A stretch of DNA of 64,000 nt from Clostridia bacterium (GTDB taxonomy: Bacteria; Bacillota; Clostridia; UMGS1883; UMGS1540), in the NCBI GenBank assembly GCA_045577075.1, contig JAZNHR010000003.1, positions 853-64,852 on the forward strand, read 5' to 3'. A model generated the notes under the pieces. That model was not told the DNA's origin, did no database searches, and saw only the letters and a program-made list of their open reading frames with translations. This document shows positions 47,710 through 56,680 of this stretch, piece after piece; the first letter of the stretch is position 1; the number at the start of each line of letters is the position of its first letter. The position numbers and the translations under genes were made by a program.

Positions 47710-48544
47710 TTATGGGTGTAAAAGGGTGCTGCCACCAATAAATTCCCGTAAAATCGAAGTGCTCGGCACTATATCGGGGGCGATAGGCTCAAATGCCCCG
47801 ATAAATTCCAAAAGCCGCGCCGCCGTTTCCGCATGTTCCGGATGCTTGAGGGCAGATTGTAAAAGTGGCTCTGCTTTTTTGCGGTATACGGCAAATTCGT
47901 AGGAAAGGGAAGAATTAAAAATTACGTCTGCTGTTTCCTCATAAGGAAAAATATTTTTCACTTCTCCTTTTTGCACGTCTCCCCACATATAGAGCGTACC
48001 TGCAGCGTCTGTGTTTCTAAACTGGCTGTCACGGGTCATGCGCCGAAGGAGGCGCGTGTCCGTAGGAGAAATGGGGTTGTAGCGGTCAAAACAAAGCACC
48101 GTGAGGGCACTGCAGTAAATGCGATAGAGGAACGCAGAGGGGATACCGCGCGTCAGCTTTTCGTTTAGCGCGTGAATGCCTTCCACTAAAAGCACGGTGC
48201 CTTCGGGAAGGGAAAATGTTCGTCCTTCCTTTGCCCGTTTTCCGGTTTGAAAGTCAAATTTCGGCACAATCCCCGTCGCCACTTTCCCGAAGAAGGCGCA
48301 TAGCCTCTTCCTTCGGGTACGTCATAGGCGTAAGGGGAAGCTTTTCTCGGATAAACTGCCGCATGCAGTCTGTCAGGGCACCGAGGTCCTCCTCTGTGGG
48401 GATATGGCCCGGCAACTCGCAGTAGGTAGAGCGATTTACGGATTGGTGCACCTCGGGTGCTTTGCCGGGGAATACTTTTTCACAGGCGGCAAATAAAGTG
48501 AACAAAAGACTTTGGCGCAAGGCGCGATACTTTTCTTCCGGCAT
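47710..48544 (-). pseudogene. uridine-kinase-family gene remnant: P-loop-less Udk-like C-terminal fragment (47710-48282, GTG start) plus upstream 96-aa ORF in another frame
   Basis: C-terminal part aligns to Udk core (LLVEGIHAL; RRMTRD..R..) but no GxxGSGKT in any frame upstream; two ORFs overlap by 29 nt in different frames. Confidence 0.4.
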
Positions 48545-48556
48545 TCCGGGTCTCCG

Positions 48557-49963
48557 TTATGCTTTGATTTTATAAAATTCCTCTTTGCGGCGAAGAACTT
48601 CGTCAAATTCTCGTGTATATCCGTCATCGTGTTTAAAGTTAAATACGCGAACAACTTTATCCGGAAGCAGCAGCCGGCTCACGCCACCCGCTCCAAGAGC
48701 GAAAATGTGGGCGCAGTCTGTCATGGTGACGGTATTATAAAAGGAATCAGCACCCGGCAAGGCGTAGCCTACGTTTTCGAGATTTCCCACCGTCGCCTTC
48801 TGGCGGTACATATAATGGGGACGGTAGCCGCCGGCGGTAGCCTCCCGGTATGTATAGGCAAGCATATCGGCGACCTCTGGAAGCTGGGAAACTGCCTCGC
48901 CGCTTTGCTTTATCTCCGAGGCTCTTTTAATATACAGGGTATGCACTGTGATGCTTTCCGGTTCCAAAGCCCGTACTGTATCAAAGGAATGGCGGTACAT
49001 GGAGAAGTCTTCTCCCGGAAGGCCGGCAATAAGGTCGGCATTTATGTTCGTAAATCCTGCTTCCCGCGCCAAGGAAAAGGCGGACAAAAATTGCTCCGCA
49101 GTATGGCGGCGGCCGATGCGCTGGAGCGTTACGTCATGCATCGTCTGGGGGTTGATGCTGATGCGGTTTGTACCGTAGGCTTTTAAAATTTGCAGTTTTT
49201 CTTTCGTAATGGTGTCGGGTCTGCCGGCTTCGGTGGTAAATTCCAGCCCGTCATAAACGGGCAAAAACCGTTGGATGCCTTCGTGCAGGGCAGAGAGTAG
49301 AGGCGCGTCAAGACTTGTGGGCGTGCCGCCGCCAATATATATGGCTTTTAGGGTTAGCCCCAAATCCCGAATAATTTCCCCTGTGCGCGCAATTTCCAAA
49401 AGCAAAAGCCGAATATATTCTTCCTTCGCCGCCACCGCCCCCGTGCCGGAAATAAACGAGCAGTAGGCACAGCGCGTGGGACAGTAGGGAATCCCGATGT
49501 AGACGCAAACATTTTTCGAATTTCGGGGGTGCTTGCCTTCCTCTAGGGCAACCTTCATAGCAAGGTCAATTTTATCTTCGTCAGCAAGATATGTTTCTTT
49601 TAAAAGGCGGCGCACTTCCGCCTCGGTATTGCCTTCGTCAAGTAGGATACGGACAAGCTTTGCCGGGCGTACGCCCGTAAGAATGCCCCAGGGCGCAGGC
49701 ATGGAGGAAAGGGGACGAAGGGCAAAATATGCGCTTCGTTTTACAAGGTTCCCCATTTCGCGCTTTGTTAAACAGGTATTTTCTGTACTTTCCGTATGGG
49801 ACGATGTTTTTCCCCCGACAGAAACTTCTGTTTTGACGAACACCTTTTCGTCCGAAGTCGTAAGGGTGCTTCGAAGCGTCACGCTGTCATGTTCAGGAAA
49901 GAAAAGCAGAACCATCTGTTCTGCTTCATAGTCCAAGGAATGTCCTTCTGCGATTAGTTTCAA
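48557..49963 (-). CDS. radical SAM coproporphyrinogen-III oxidase-like protein (HemN/HemW/HemZ family, long N-terminal extension)
   Basis: 468 aa; CPTRCAYCSF radical-SAM motif, HemN C-terminal domain; about 150-aa N-terminal extension as in B. subtilis HemZ. Confidence 0.8.
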   Translation of the reverse strand: MKLIAEGHSLDYEAEQMVLLFFPEHDSVTLRSTLTTSDEKVFVKTEVSVGGKTSSHTESTENTCLTKREMGNLVKRSAYFALRPLSSMPAPWGILTGVRPAKLVRILLDEGNTEAEVRRLLKETYLADEDKIDLAMKVALEEGKHPRNSKNVCVYIGIPYCPTRCAYCSFISGTGAVAAKEEYIRLLLLEIARTGEIIRDLGLTLKAIYIGGGTPTSLDAPLLSALHEGIQRFLPVYDGLEFTTEAGRPDTITKEKLQILKAYGTNRISINPQTMHDVTLQRIGRRHTAEQFLSAFSLAREAGFTNINADLIAGLPGEDFSMYRHSFDTVRALEPESITVHTLYIKRASEIKQSGEAVSQLPEVADMLAYTYREATAGGYRPHYMYRQKATVGNLENVGYALPGADSFYNTVTMTDCAHIFALGAGGVSRLLLPDKVVRVFNFKHDDGYTREFDEVLRRKEEFYKIKA

Positions 49964-50587
49964 TTATGCCCACTCCCAATCAAGATTTGCAAACGGATTT
50001 GTGCGGCGTTCTTTGCCAATGGTTGTCTCTTCCTCGTGACCGGGGTACACGCGGATTTCCTCGTCCATAGAAAGAAGGCGCGCAATGCTTTGTTGCATGG
50101 TTTCTTTGTTTTCTCTGTCAAATTTACCAATAGAGCCGCGGAAAAGAGTGTCACCCGATAGCATGGTGTGCCCGGAAAGAAAACAAATACTCCCTTTTGT
50201 ATGGCCGGGCGTATACAAAACGGTAAAGCGCTCATCACCCACCTGCACCGTATCTCCTTCCGAAAGAAGTACGTCCGCCTCGCACCCGTCATAGGAAAAA
50301 CCATAGCGGACGGCATGGCTCGTTTCCGCATTTTCCAGCATGGGCGCGTCGAGTGCATGCATATAAATAGGAATTTGAAACTGTTCCTTTAATTTTCCAG
50401 CCGCACCGGCATGGTCGAAGTGACCGTGGGTCAGCAGTATCGCACACGGCACAAGTTCCTTTTCTTTGATAATTTGTATCAGGGCTTCTGCCGCGCCGCC
50501 GGGGTCTACAATGGCAACGTTTTTGCCGCTTATCACAAAATAGCAGTTTGTTCCTAAGGGCGGCACCCGTAAACATGTCAGTTCCAT
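49964..50587 (-). CDS. MBL-fold metallo-hydrolase (glyoxalase II-like)
   Basis: 207 aa; THGHFDHAG motif. Confidence 0.85.
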   Translation of the reverse strand: MELTCLRVPPLGTNCYFVISGKNVAIVDPGGAAEALIQIIKEKELVPCAILLTHGHFDHAGAAGKLKEQFQIPIYMHALDAPMLENAETSHAVRYGFSYDGCEADVLLSEGDTVQVGDERFTVLYTPGHTKGSICFLSGHTMLSGDTLFRGSIGKFDRENKETMQQSIARLLSMDEEIRVYPGHEEETTIGKERRTNPFANLDWEWA

Positions 50588-50596
50588 TTTTTCCTC

Positions 50597-52780
50597 CTAT
50601 TGGTGCAGACGAATAATGTTAAATACGCCCGGTACTGTGTAAAGCCGCTTGATAAGTGTGTTCAGCTGTTCGGCATTCTCGATTTCCACTGTAAGATTGA
50701 TAATTGCCATTTTCGTTTTCAGGCAACGGGAATTGAGGGCGGCAATACCGATTTTGCCGTCGGTGATGGCGTTGGTAATGTCGGCAAGGAGACCCTTTCG
50801 GTCAGTCGATTCAATTTGGATATCGGATAGGTACGAGCCCTTCTGATTTTCCGTCCAGTAGCAGGAAATAAGCCTGGATTTGTCTTCTTCGCTGATTGCC
50901 TCAGGGCGGACGTTTACGCAGTCCGTCCGGTGCACGGATACACCCCGTCCTTTTGTAATATAGCCTATAATATCATCACCGGGAATCGGCATACAGCACT
51001 TGGAAATGCGGACAAGGCAGTTGTCAATGCCGTGCACGGTAATGCTCGAGCCGCCGCTTGTACGCTTTAAGGGCGCAAGAGCCGTCTTGATTTCCTCTTC
51101 CTTCGCCGCGTCGCGGCTGTATTCTTTTAGACGTGTGACGATTTTGACCGCCGTAATGCTGCCGTAGCCGATGGCGGCATACATATCGTCCGTATTGGCA
51201 AAACTGTAACGCCTGAGACATTGGTCCATGTATTCTTTGTGGAACAGCTGCGTCTGGGTAAAGCCCTGCCGCTTCAGCTCCCGTTCTACGGCTTCCTTGC
51301 CCTTTACAATATTTTCCTCACGCATTTCCTTTTTCAGCCATGCGTTAATTTTGCTTCGCGCCTGGTTTGTTTTACAGATTTTCAGCCAGTCTCGGCTGGG
51401 GCCGTGTACGGAAGAGGAAGTCAGAATTTCAACGATATCGCCCGTAACGAGCTGATAATCAAGGGGTACGATTTTGGAGTTGACCTTTGCCCCCATCATC
51501 TTGCTGCCAACGGCGCTGTGAATGGCAAAGGCAAAGTCAATGGGCGTCGAGCCCTGCGGCAGGTTAATAACGTCCCCACGGGGCGTAAAGGCAAAGACCT
51601 CGTCGGCAAACAGGTCAATCTTGAGGGTGCGCATAAATTCCTCTTCGTCCGTCAAATCCTTCTGGATATCAAGAAGCTGTCGAATCCACGCAAACTTCGC
51701 ATCCGCAGAATCCTTAGAGTCGGACGCGGAAGTACCTTCTTTATATTTCCAATGTGCCGCAATGCCATGCTCGGCGGTGCGGTGCATTTCGAATGTACGA
51801 ATTTGAATTTCGCAGGGGCTTCCCTCCGGGCCCATAACCGTTGTGTGCAGGGACTGGTACATATTGGGCTTTGGCATGGCAATATAGTCTTTAAATCTGC
51901 CGGGAATGGGCACATATAATTCATGCACCATGCCGAGTACCGTATAACAGTCGCTTACCGTATCTACAATAATACGGACGGCAAATAAGTCATAAATTTC
52001 ATCGATGGACTTATTTTGTGTATACATTTTCTTGAAAATGCTGTAAAAGCTTTTGGCTCTGCCTTCCAGCTTATAGTGAATCCCCATGCCGGTCAGTCGC
52101 TCGGCAAGGGTGTCCTTAATCGCGTCAATATATGCGTCGCGTTCGTTTTTCTTTTTGTTAATGCTTTCTACAATTTCATAATAGGCAACGGAATCGAGGT
52201 GGCGAAGTGCCAAATCCTCCAGTTCCCATTTGATTTTGGAAATACCAAGGCGATGGGCAAGGGGGGCAAAGACCTCAATGGTCTCCCGTGCCTTTAAAAG
52301 CCGTTTTTCGGGGGGCATGTTTTTAAGCGTACGCATATTATGCAGACGGTCGGCAAGCTTTATGAGAATGACGCGAATGTCCTTTGCCATGGCAAGAAAC
52401 ATTTTGCGAAGGCTTTCCATCTGCTGCTCGGCTTTATCGTGAAACTGAATTTTGTCGAGCTTTGTAACACCTTCCACCAAAAGGGCAATATCTTCCCCGA
52501 AATCACGCTTAATATCGTCAAAGGAAACGGGCGTGTCTTCAATAACATCATGGAGAAGTCCTGCTGCAATCGCTTCCGTATCCAGCTCCATATCCGCCAA
52601 AATGCCCGCCACCGCAAGGGGGTGCACAATATACGGCTCGCCCGATTCACGCTTTTGGTTTTTGTGCATATCAGCGGCAAGGGTGTAGGCTTTATCAAGT
52701 AGCGTAAAGTCGGCGTCCGGCTGATATTTTACTATTTTTTCTTTAATTTCCAAATAGGAATTTGCATGCATGTTTTGCAT
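50597..52780 (-). CDS. relA: bifunctional (p)ppGpp synthetase/hydrolase RelA/SpoT (Rel)
   Basis: 727 aa; HD domain (HPLAVAGILAD), synthetase domain, TGS and ACT C-terminal domains. Confidence 0.93.
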   Translation of the reverse strand: MQNMHANSYLEIKEKIVKYQPDADFTLLDKAYTLAADMHKNQKRESGEPYIVHPLAVAGILADMELDTEAIAAGLLHDVIEDTPVSFDDIKRDFGEDIALLVEGVTKLDKIQFHDKAEQQMESLRKMFLAMAKDIRVILIKLADRLHNMRTLKNMPPEKRLLKARETIEVFAPLAHRLGISKIKWELEDLALRHLDSVAYYEIVESINKKKNERDAYIDAIKDTLAERLTGMGIHYKLEGRAKSFYSIFKKMYTQNKSIDEIYDLFAVRIIVDTVSDCYTVLGMVHELYVPIPGRFKDYIAMPKPNMYQSLHTTVMGPEGSPCEIQIRTFEMHRTAEHGIAAHWKYKEGTSASDSKDSADAKFAWIRQLLDIQKDLTDEEEFMRTLKIDLFADEVFAFTPRGDVINLPQGSTPIDFAFAIHSAVGSKMMGAKVNSKIVPLDYQLVTGDIVEILTSSSVHGPSRDWLKICKTNQARSKINAWLKKEMREENIVKGKEAVERELKRQGFTQTQLFHKEYMDQCLRRYSFANTDDMYAAIGYGSITAVKIVTRLKEYSRDAAKEEEIKTALAPLKRTSGGSSITVHGIDNCLVRISKCCMPIPGDDIIGYITKGRGVSVHRTDCVNVRPEAISEEDKSRLISCYWTENQKGSYLSDIQIESTDRKGLLADITNAITDGKIGIAALNSRCLKTKMAIINLTVEIENAEQLNTLIKRLYTVPGVFNIIRLHQ

Positions 52781-52797
52781 AATTCTTTCCTCTTTTC

Positions 52798-54513
52798 CTA
52801 CTGCTTTGTGCGAATGTCCTGCAGGATAATCTGGGGTGTGGGTACGCCGCCATATGTGTTGATGTGCAGCGTGCCGACAACGTCTGCCGCGTTGCCTCTT
52901 TTAAGGGTTTCTGTAAGCCTCCCTTTTCCAAATGCCACACAGTCTACGCTGCTTCCGTTTTTAAACAGTCGCAAAAAGAGATGCTTATTATCTTTTGAAG
53001 TACGAACGGACGAAATTGTCACATTCGAAAGTAAAAATACGGGTTTTACATTGCCTTGGCCAAAGGGTTCTAAAACCGCGAGCTGCCGAGCTACCGTAAG
53101 AAGGGGTAGAGAAATATCTAAGGGTGCGTCCACGTCAATGGTGGGAATCATATCTTCTTCCGTCAAGACGGTATCTGCATACGCACAAAGTGCGTCCGAT
53201 AAAGCATCTATATTTTCTGCCGGAAGGGTAAGCCCTGCCGCGAGTGCATGACCGCCGTATCGGGAAAGATAAGGCGCGGCGCTCTTTAGTGCTTCGAATA
53301 AATTTAAACCCGGAATCGAACGGCCGGAGCCTTTTCCTTCCGCTCCGTCCCTCGAAATTAAAATGGTCGGCTTCCAAAACTGTTCTGTAAGCTTGGAAGC
53401 AATAATGCCGATGATGCCGTGATGCCAGCCTTCGCAGGATAGGACAAGCACTTTTTTGTCGGCATAATCACCCGATGCAATGAGCGAAAGTGCCTCCGAG
53501 AGGATTGTATCGCCCGCTGTTTTTCGTGCGGTGTTTTGCCTGTCAAGACAGGCGGCAATCTCTGCGGCCTCGGCCTTCGACTGTGTGACAAGAAGCTGTA
53601 CGGCCGGAATGCAGCTGCCCATTCTGCCTGCGGCATTGAGCCTTGGTGCGATGGAAAAGCCGATATGGTAAGACGTAAGGTCTTCCGCCGAAACGCCTGC
53701 TTCCTCCAGAAGGGCCGCCAGCCCTACCCGCGGCATTTTTCGTATTTTGCGAAGTCCCAGTGCCGTAATCGTTCTGTTTTCGCCCGTAAGGGGCACAACG
53801 TCTGCGATGGTGGCTAGGGCAGCAATATCACAGTATTCCGTAACGGCCTTTTTCGTGTCACCGCAAAGGGCGCAGAGAAGCTTAAATGCAACGCCGCCAC
53901 CTGCAAGGCCTTTAAACGGATAGGGGCAATCCGTGCGTTTCGGATTGATTACGGCAAGTGCTTTAGGTAATTCTGTACCTACAGAATGGTGGTCCGTGAT
54001 AATCACATCCATGCCTAAAGAGGTGGCAAGCATGGTTTCCGCGCACGCTGTAATGCCGGTGTCCACCGTGATTAAAAGTCGCGTGCCGCTTTCAGCAATT
54101 TTACGGACTGCAGCCTCATTTACGCCATATCCTTCCTGCTCTCTGTCAGGGATGTAGAAGGAGCAGTTTGCCCCTTTTGCCCGAAAATAGTCCAGAAGCA
54201 TGGCAACAGACGAAATGCCGTCCACGTCATAATCGCCGTATATGGTAATCTGCTCGCCCATGGCAAGTGCCCGGCGAATTCTCTCCACCGCCTTGTCCAT
54301 ATCCTGCATTAAAAACGGGTCATGGAGTGTGGAAAGACCGCCGGCAAGATAATCCGCCACCTGTTTCGGCTGTACACCCCGAACAGCTAATAGAAGAGCC
54401 AAAAGGGGTGATACGGAAGCGACTTTTTCTATGGCAGAAACGGTGCTTGTATCGACTTGTTTATATAATAAATTCCATCTTTTGTTCAAAATTTTACCCT
54501 CATTATTTATCAT
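52798..54513 (-). CDS. recJ: single-stranded-DNA-specific exonuclease RecJ
   Basis: DHH (ITVDTG..DHH) and DHHA1 motifs; start uncertain (ATG 54513 vs TTG 54549). Confidence 0.88.
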   Translation of the reverse strand: MINNEGKILNKRWNLLYKQVDTSTVSAIEKVASVSPLLALLLAVRGVQPKQVADYLAGGLSTLHDPFLMQDMDKAVERIRRALAMGEQITIYGDYDVDGISSVAMLLDYFRAKGANCSFYIPDREQEGYGVNEAAVRKIAESGTRLLITVDTGITACAETMLATSLGMDVIITDHHSVGTELPKALAVINPKRTDCPYPFKGLAGGGVAFKLLCALCGDTKKAVTEYCDIAALATIADVVPLTGENRTITALGLRKIRKMPRVGLAALLEEAGVSAEDLTSYHIGFSIAPRLNAAGRMGSCIPAVQLLVTQSKAEAAEIAACLDRQNTARKTAGDTILSEALSLIASGDYADKKVLVLSCEGWHHGIIGIIASKLTEQFWKPTILISRDGAEGKGSGRSIPGLNLFEALKSAAPYLSRYGGHALAAGLTLPAENIDALSDALCAYADTVLTEEDMIPTIDVDAPLDISLPLLTVARQLAVLEPFGQGNVKPVFLLSNVTISSVRTSKDNKHLFLRLFKNGSSVDCVAFGKGRLTETLKRGNAADVVGTLHINTYGGVPTPQIILQDIRTKQ

Positions 54514-54601
54514 TCCTTTTATTTTAACACAGCGCGCTAAAAAAAACAATATATTTCTGCAATTTTTGCACGGAAAAATGGCAAGGCTTTACAAATTATG
54601 C

Positions 54602-54630
54602 TTTACAAACAAATTTGGCCATGCTATAAT
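54602..54630 (+). promoter_or_regulatory. sigma-A-type promoter (TTTACA-17-TATAAT) for metA with tandem GCTTTACAAA repeats
   Basis: direct repeats at 54586-54595 and 54600-54609, second overlapping -35. Confidence 0.5.
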
Positions 54631-54671
54631 AAATATAATGTTTTATATAACACAAAAGTGGAGGATTTTAT

Positions 54672-55598
54672 ATGCCGATTCGTATTCCTGACAGTTTGCC
54701 TGCAGCCGGTATTTTGCAGGGTGAAAATATTTTTGTGATGACGGAAAAGAGGGCGCAAAGCCAGGATATTCGTCCTTTGAAAATTGCTGTTTTCAACTTA
54801 ATGCCCACGAAAATTGCCACAGAGACACAGCTCATTCGCGCCCTTAGTAACTCGCCCCTGCAGGTGGATTTGGTACTCTTGCATGCGGAAACCCATCAGT
54901 CGAAAAACACACCCGAGGAACATCTTTCCTCGTTTTATAAGACGTTTTCCGATGTTCGGCATAAGAAGTTTGACGGGCTGATTATCACAGGCGCGCCCGT
55001 AGAGCATTTGGCGTTTGAGGATGTAGATTACTGGGAGGAACTTTGTGCCGTGATGGAATGGTCCAAAACAAACGTGACGAGCACACTCCATATCTGCTGG
55101 GCATCCCAGGCCGGGATGTATTATCACTACGGCATCGAAAAACACCCTATCCCTGAAAAAATGTTCGGCGTTTTTCGCCACGATGTCACTTCCCCTCGTG
55201 CGCCCCTAATGCGCGGCTTTGACGATATTTTCTATGCCCCCCATTCCAGACATACGGAAGTCCGCGAAGCGGATATCAAAAACGTACCCGAGCTTGAAAT
55301 TATGGCGACAAGTGAAGAAGCAGGGGTGTACCTCGTCGCGTCCCGGGACGGCAAAAATGTGTTTGTAACGGGGCACTCGGAATATGACCCGGAAACCCTT
55401 CATAATGAATATATGCGGGATAAAAACAAGGGGCTTTCCATTGCTATGCCGAAGAATTATTACAAGGATGATAATCCGGAAAATGCACCCATTGTACGTT
55501 GGCGTTCCCACTCTCATCTTTTGTTTGTCAACTGGCTGAACTACTACGTTTACCAGATTACGCCTTATGACTGGGATGCGGAGGATGCACAAAAATGA
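54672..55598 (+). CDS. metA: homoserine O-acyltransferase (MetA family)
   Basis: 308 aa; [11 protein letters not shown], catalytic Cys in HICWASQAG. Confidence 0.92.
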   Translation: MPIRIPDSLPAAGILQGENIFVMTEKRAQSQDIRPLKIAVFNLMPTKIATETQLIRALSNSPLQVDLVLLHAETHQSKNTPEEHLSSFYKTFSDVRHKKFDGLIITGAPVEHLAFEDVDYWEELCAVMEWSKTNVTSTLHICWASQAGMYYHYGIEKHPIPEKMFGVFRHDVTSPRAPLMRGFDDIFYAPHSRHTEVREADIKNVPELEIMATSEEAGVYLVASRDGKNVFVTGHSEYDPETLHNEYMRDKNKGLSIAMPKNYYKDDNPENAPIVRWRSHSHLLFVNWLNYYVYQITPYDWDAEDAQK

Positions 55599-56098
55599 GA
55601 ATCAGTCCGCGCAGTATTTATGGCTATGTCTATGCACTGCTCGAAACAGTAACGCCCTTACATGCCGACTGCGGAAAAATATGCGGCGGCAGGTGCTGTG
55701 AGGATAGCGACGAGGGGACGGGGATGTATCTGTATCCCTTTGAGGAATGTATGTATTCTCCGCGGCCTATGTGGGCGCAAATCGAGCCGTCCGGCTTTTT
55801 TTACGGAGAGAGGGAAGCGCTGCTTTTATCCTGTCCCGGCAGATGCCAAAGGGAATTACGGCCCTTAGCTTGCCGAATTTTTCCCCTTGCGCCGTATAAA
55901 AAACGGGGGGAAAGGATGAAAATAATATTTGACCCGCGTGCGGCAAGCATGTGTCCCTTAGAGCCCGCGGCACTTACGGACGATTTTATAGAAAAAGTCG
56001 AGCGCGCTATGCGTGCGATTGTGAAAACAAAAGAGGGGAAAGCGTTTATCGAAGCGCAGTCCTTACTCATTGATGAATATGTCAGGTTACACCTGTAA
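55595..56098 (+). CDS. YkgJ/UPF0153-like cysteine-cluster protein (putative Fe-S or zinc binding)
   Basis: 167 aa; [23 protein letters not shown] motifs; ATGA overlap with metA stop. Confidence 0.45.
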   Translation: MRISPRSIYGYVYALLETVTPLHADCGKICGGRCCEDSDEGTGMYLYPFEECMYSPRPMWAQIEPSGFFYGEREALLLSCPGRCQRELRPLACRIFPLAPYKKRGERMKIIFDPRAASMCPLEPAALTDDFIEKVERAMRAIVKTKEGKAFIEAQSLLIDEYVRLHL

Positions 56099-56107
56099 GG
56101 AGAAAGT

Positions 56108-56680
56108 ATGTATGTAATTGTAGGGCTCGGCAATCCGGGCAAACAATATGAAGATACCCGTCATAACGTGGGTTTTAAAACCATTGACTACCTTTCGGAA
56201 AGATGGAATATTCCTGTCAAAAAAATCCGCTTTCGGGCGCTTATTGGCGAAGGCATGGTGGGAAGAGAAAAGGTGCTTTTAGTTAAGCCCTCCACCTTTA
56301 TGAACGCAAGCGGCGAAAGCGTAGGGGAAATTGTCCGCTACTTTAATGTCGCGCCCGAAAACGTGATTGTGGTGCAGGATGATGTAGCACTGCCCGTTGG
56401 CAGACTCCGCATTCGCCCGAGCGGCAGCGATGGGGGGCATAACGGCATTAAATCCATTTTGTACCATTTGCAAAGTGACCGATTTATTCGGCTGAAAATC
56501 GGCGTTGGCGGTGCAGCACATGACATGGTTTCCCACGTCCTAGGCACCTTTTCAAAAGAAGACGGCATTGCCGTTACAAATTGCATAAAGGTTTCCGACG
56601 ATATTTTGGAAACCATTGTAGAAAAAGGCTGTAATGAAGCCATGAACCGATTTAACAGTTTTGGGAAAACGGAGGCGTAA
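56108..56680 (+). CDS. pth: peptidyl-tRNA hydrolase
   Basis: 190 aa; IVGLGNPG..HN.GF N-terminal motif. Confidence 0.93.
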   Translation: MYVIVGLGNPGKQYEDTRHNVGFKTIDYLSERWNIPVKKIRFRALIGEGMVGREKVLLVKPSTFMNASGESVGEIVRYFNVAPENVIVVQDDVALPVGRLRIRPSGSDGGHNGIKSILYHLQSDRFIRLKIGVGGAAHDMVSHVLGTFSKEDGIAVTNCIKVSDDILETIVEKGCNEAMNRFNSFGKTEA

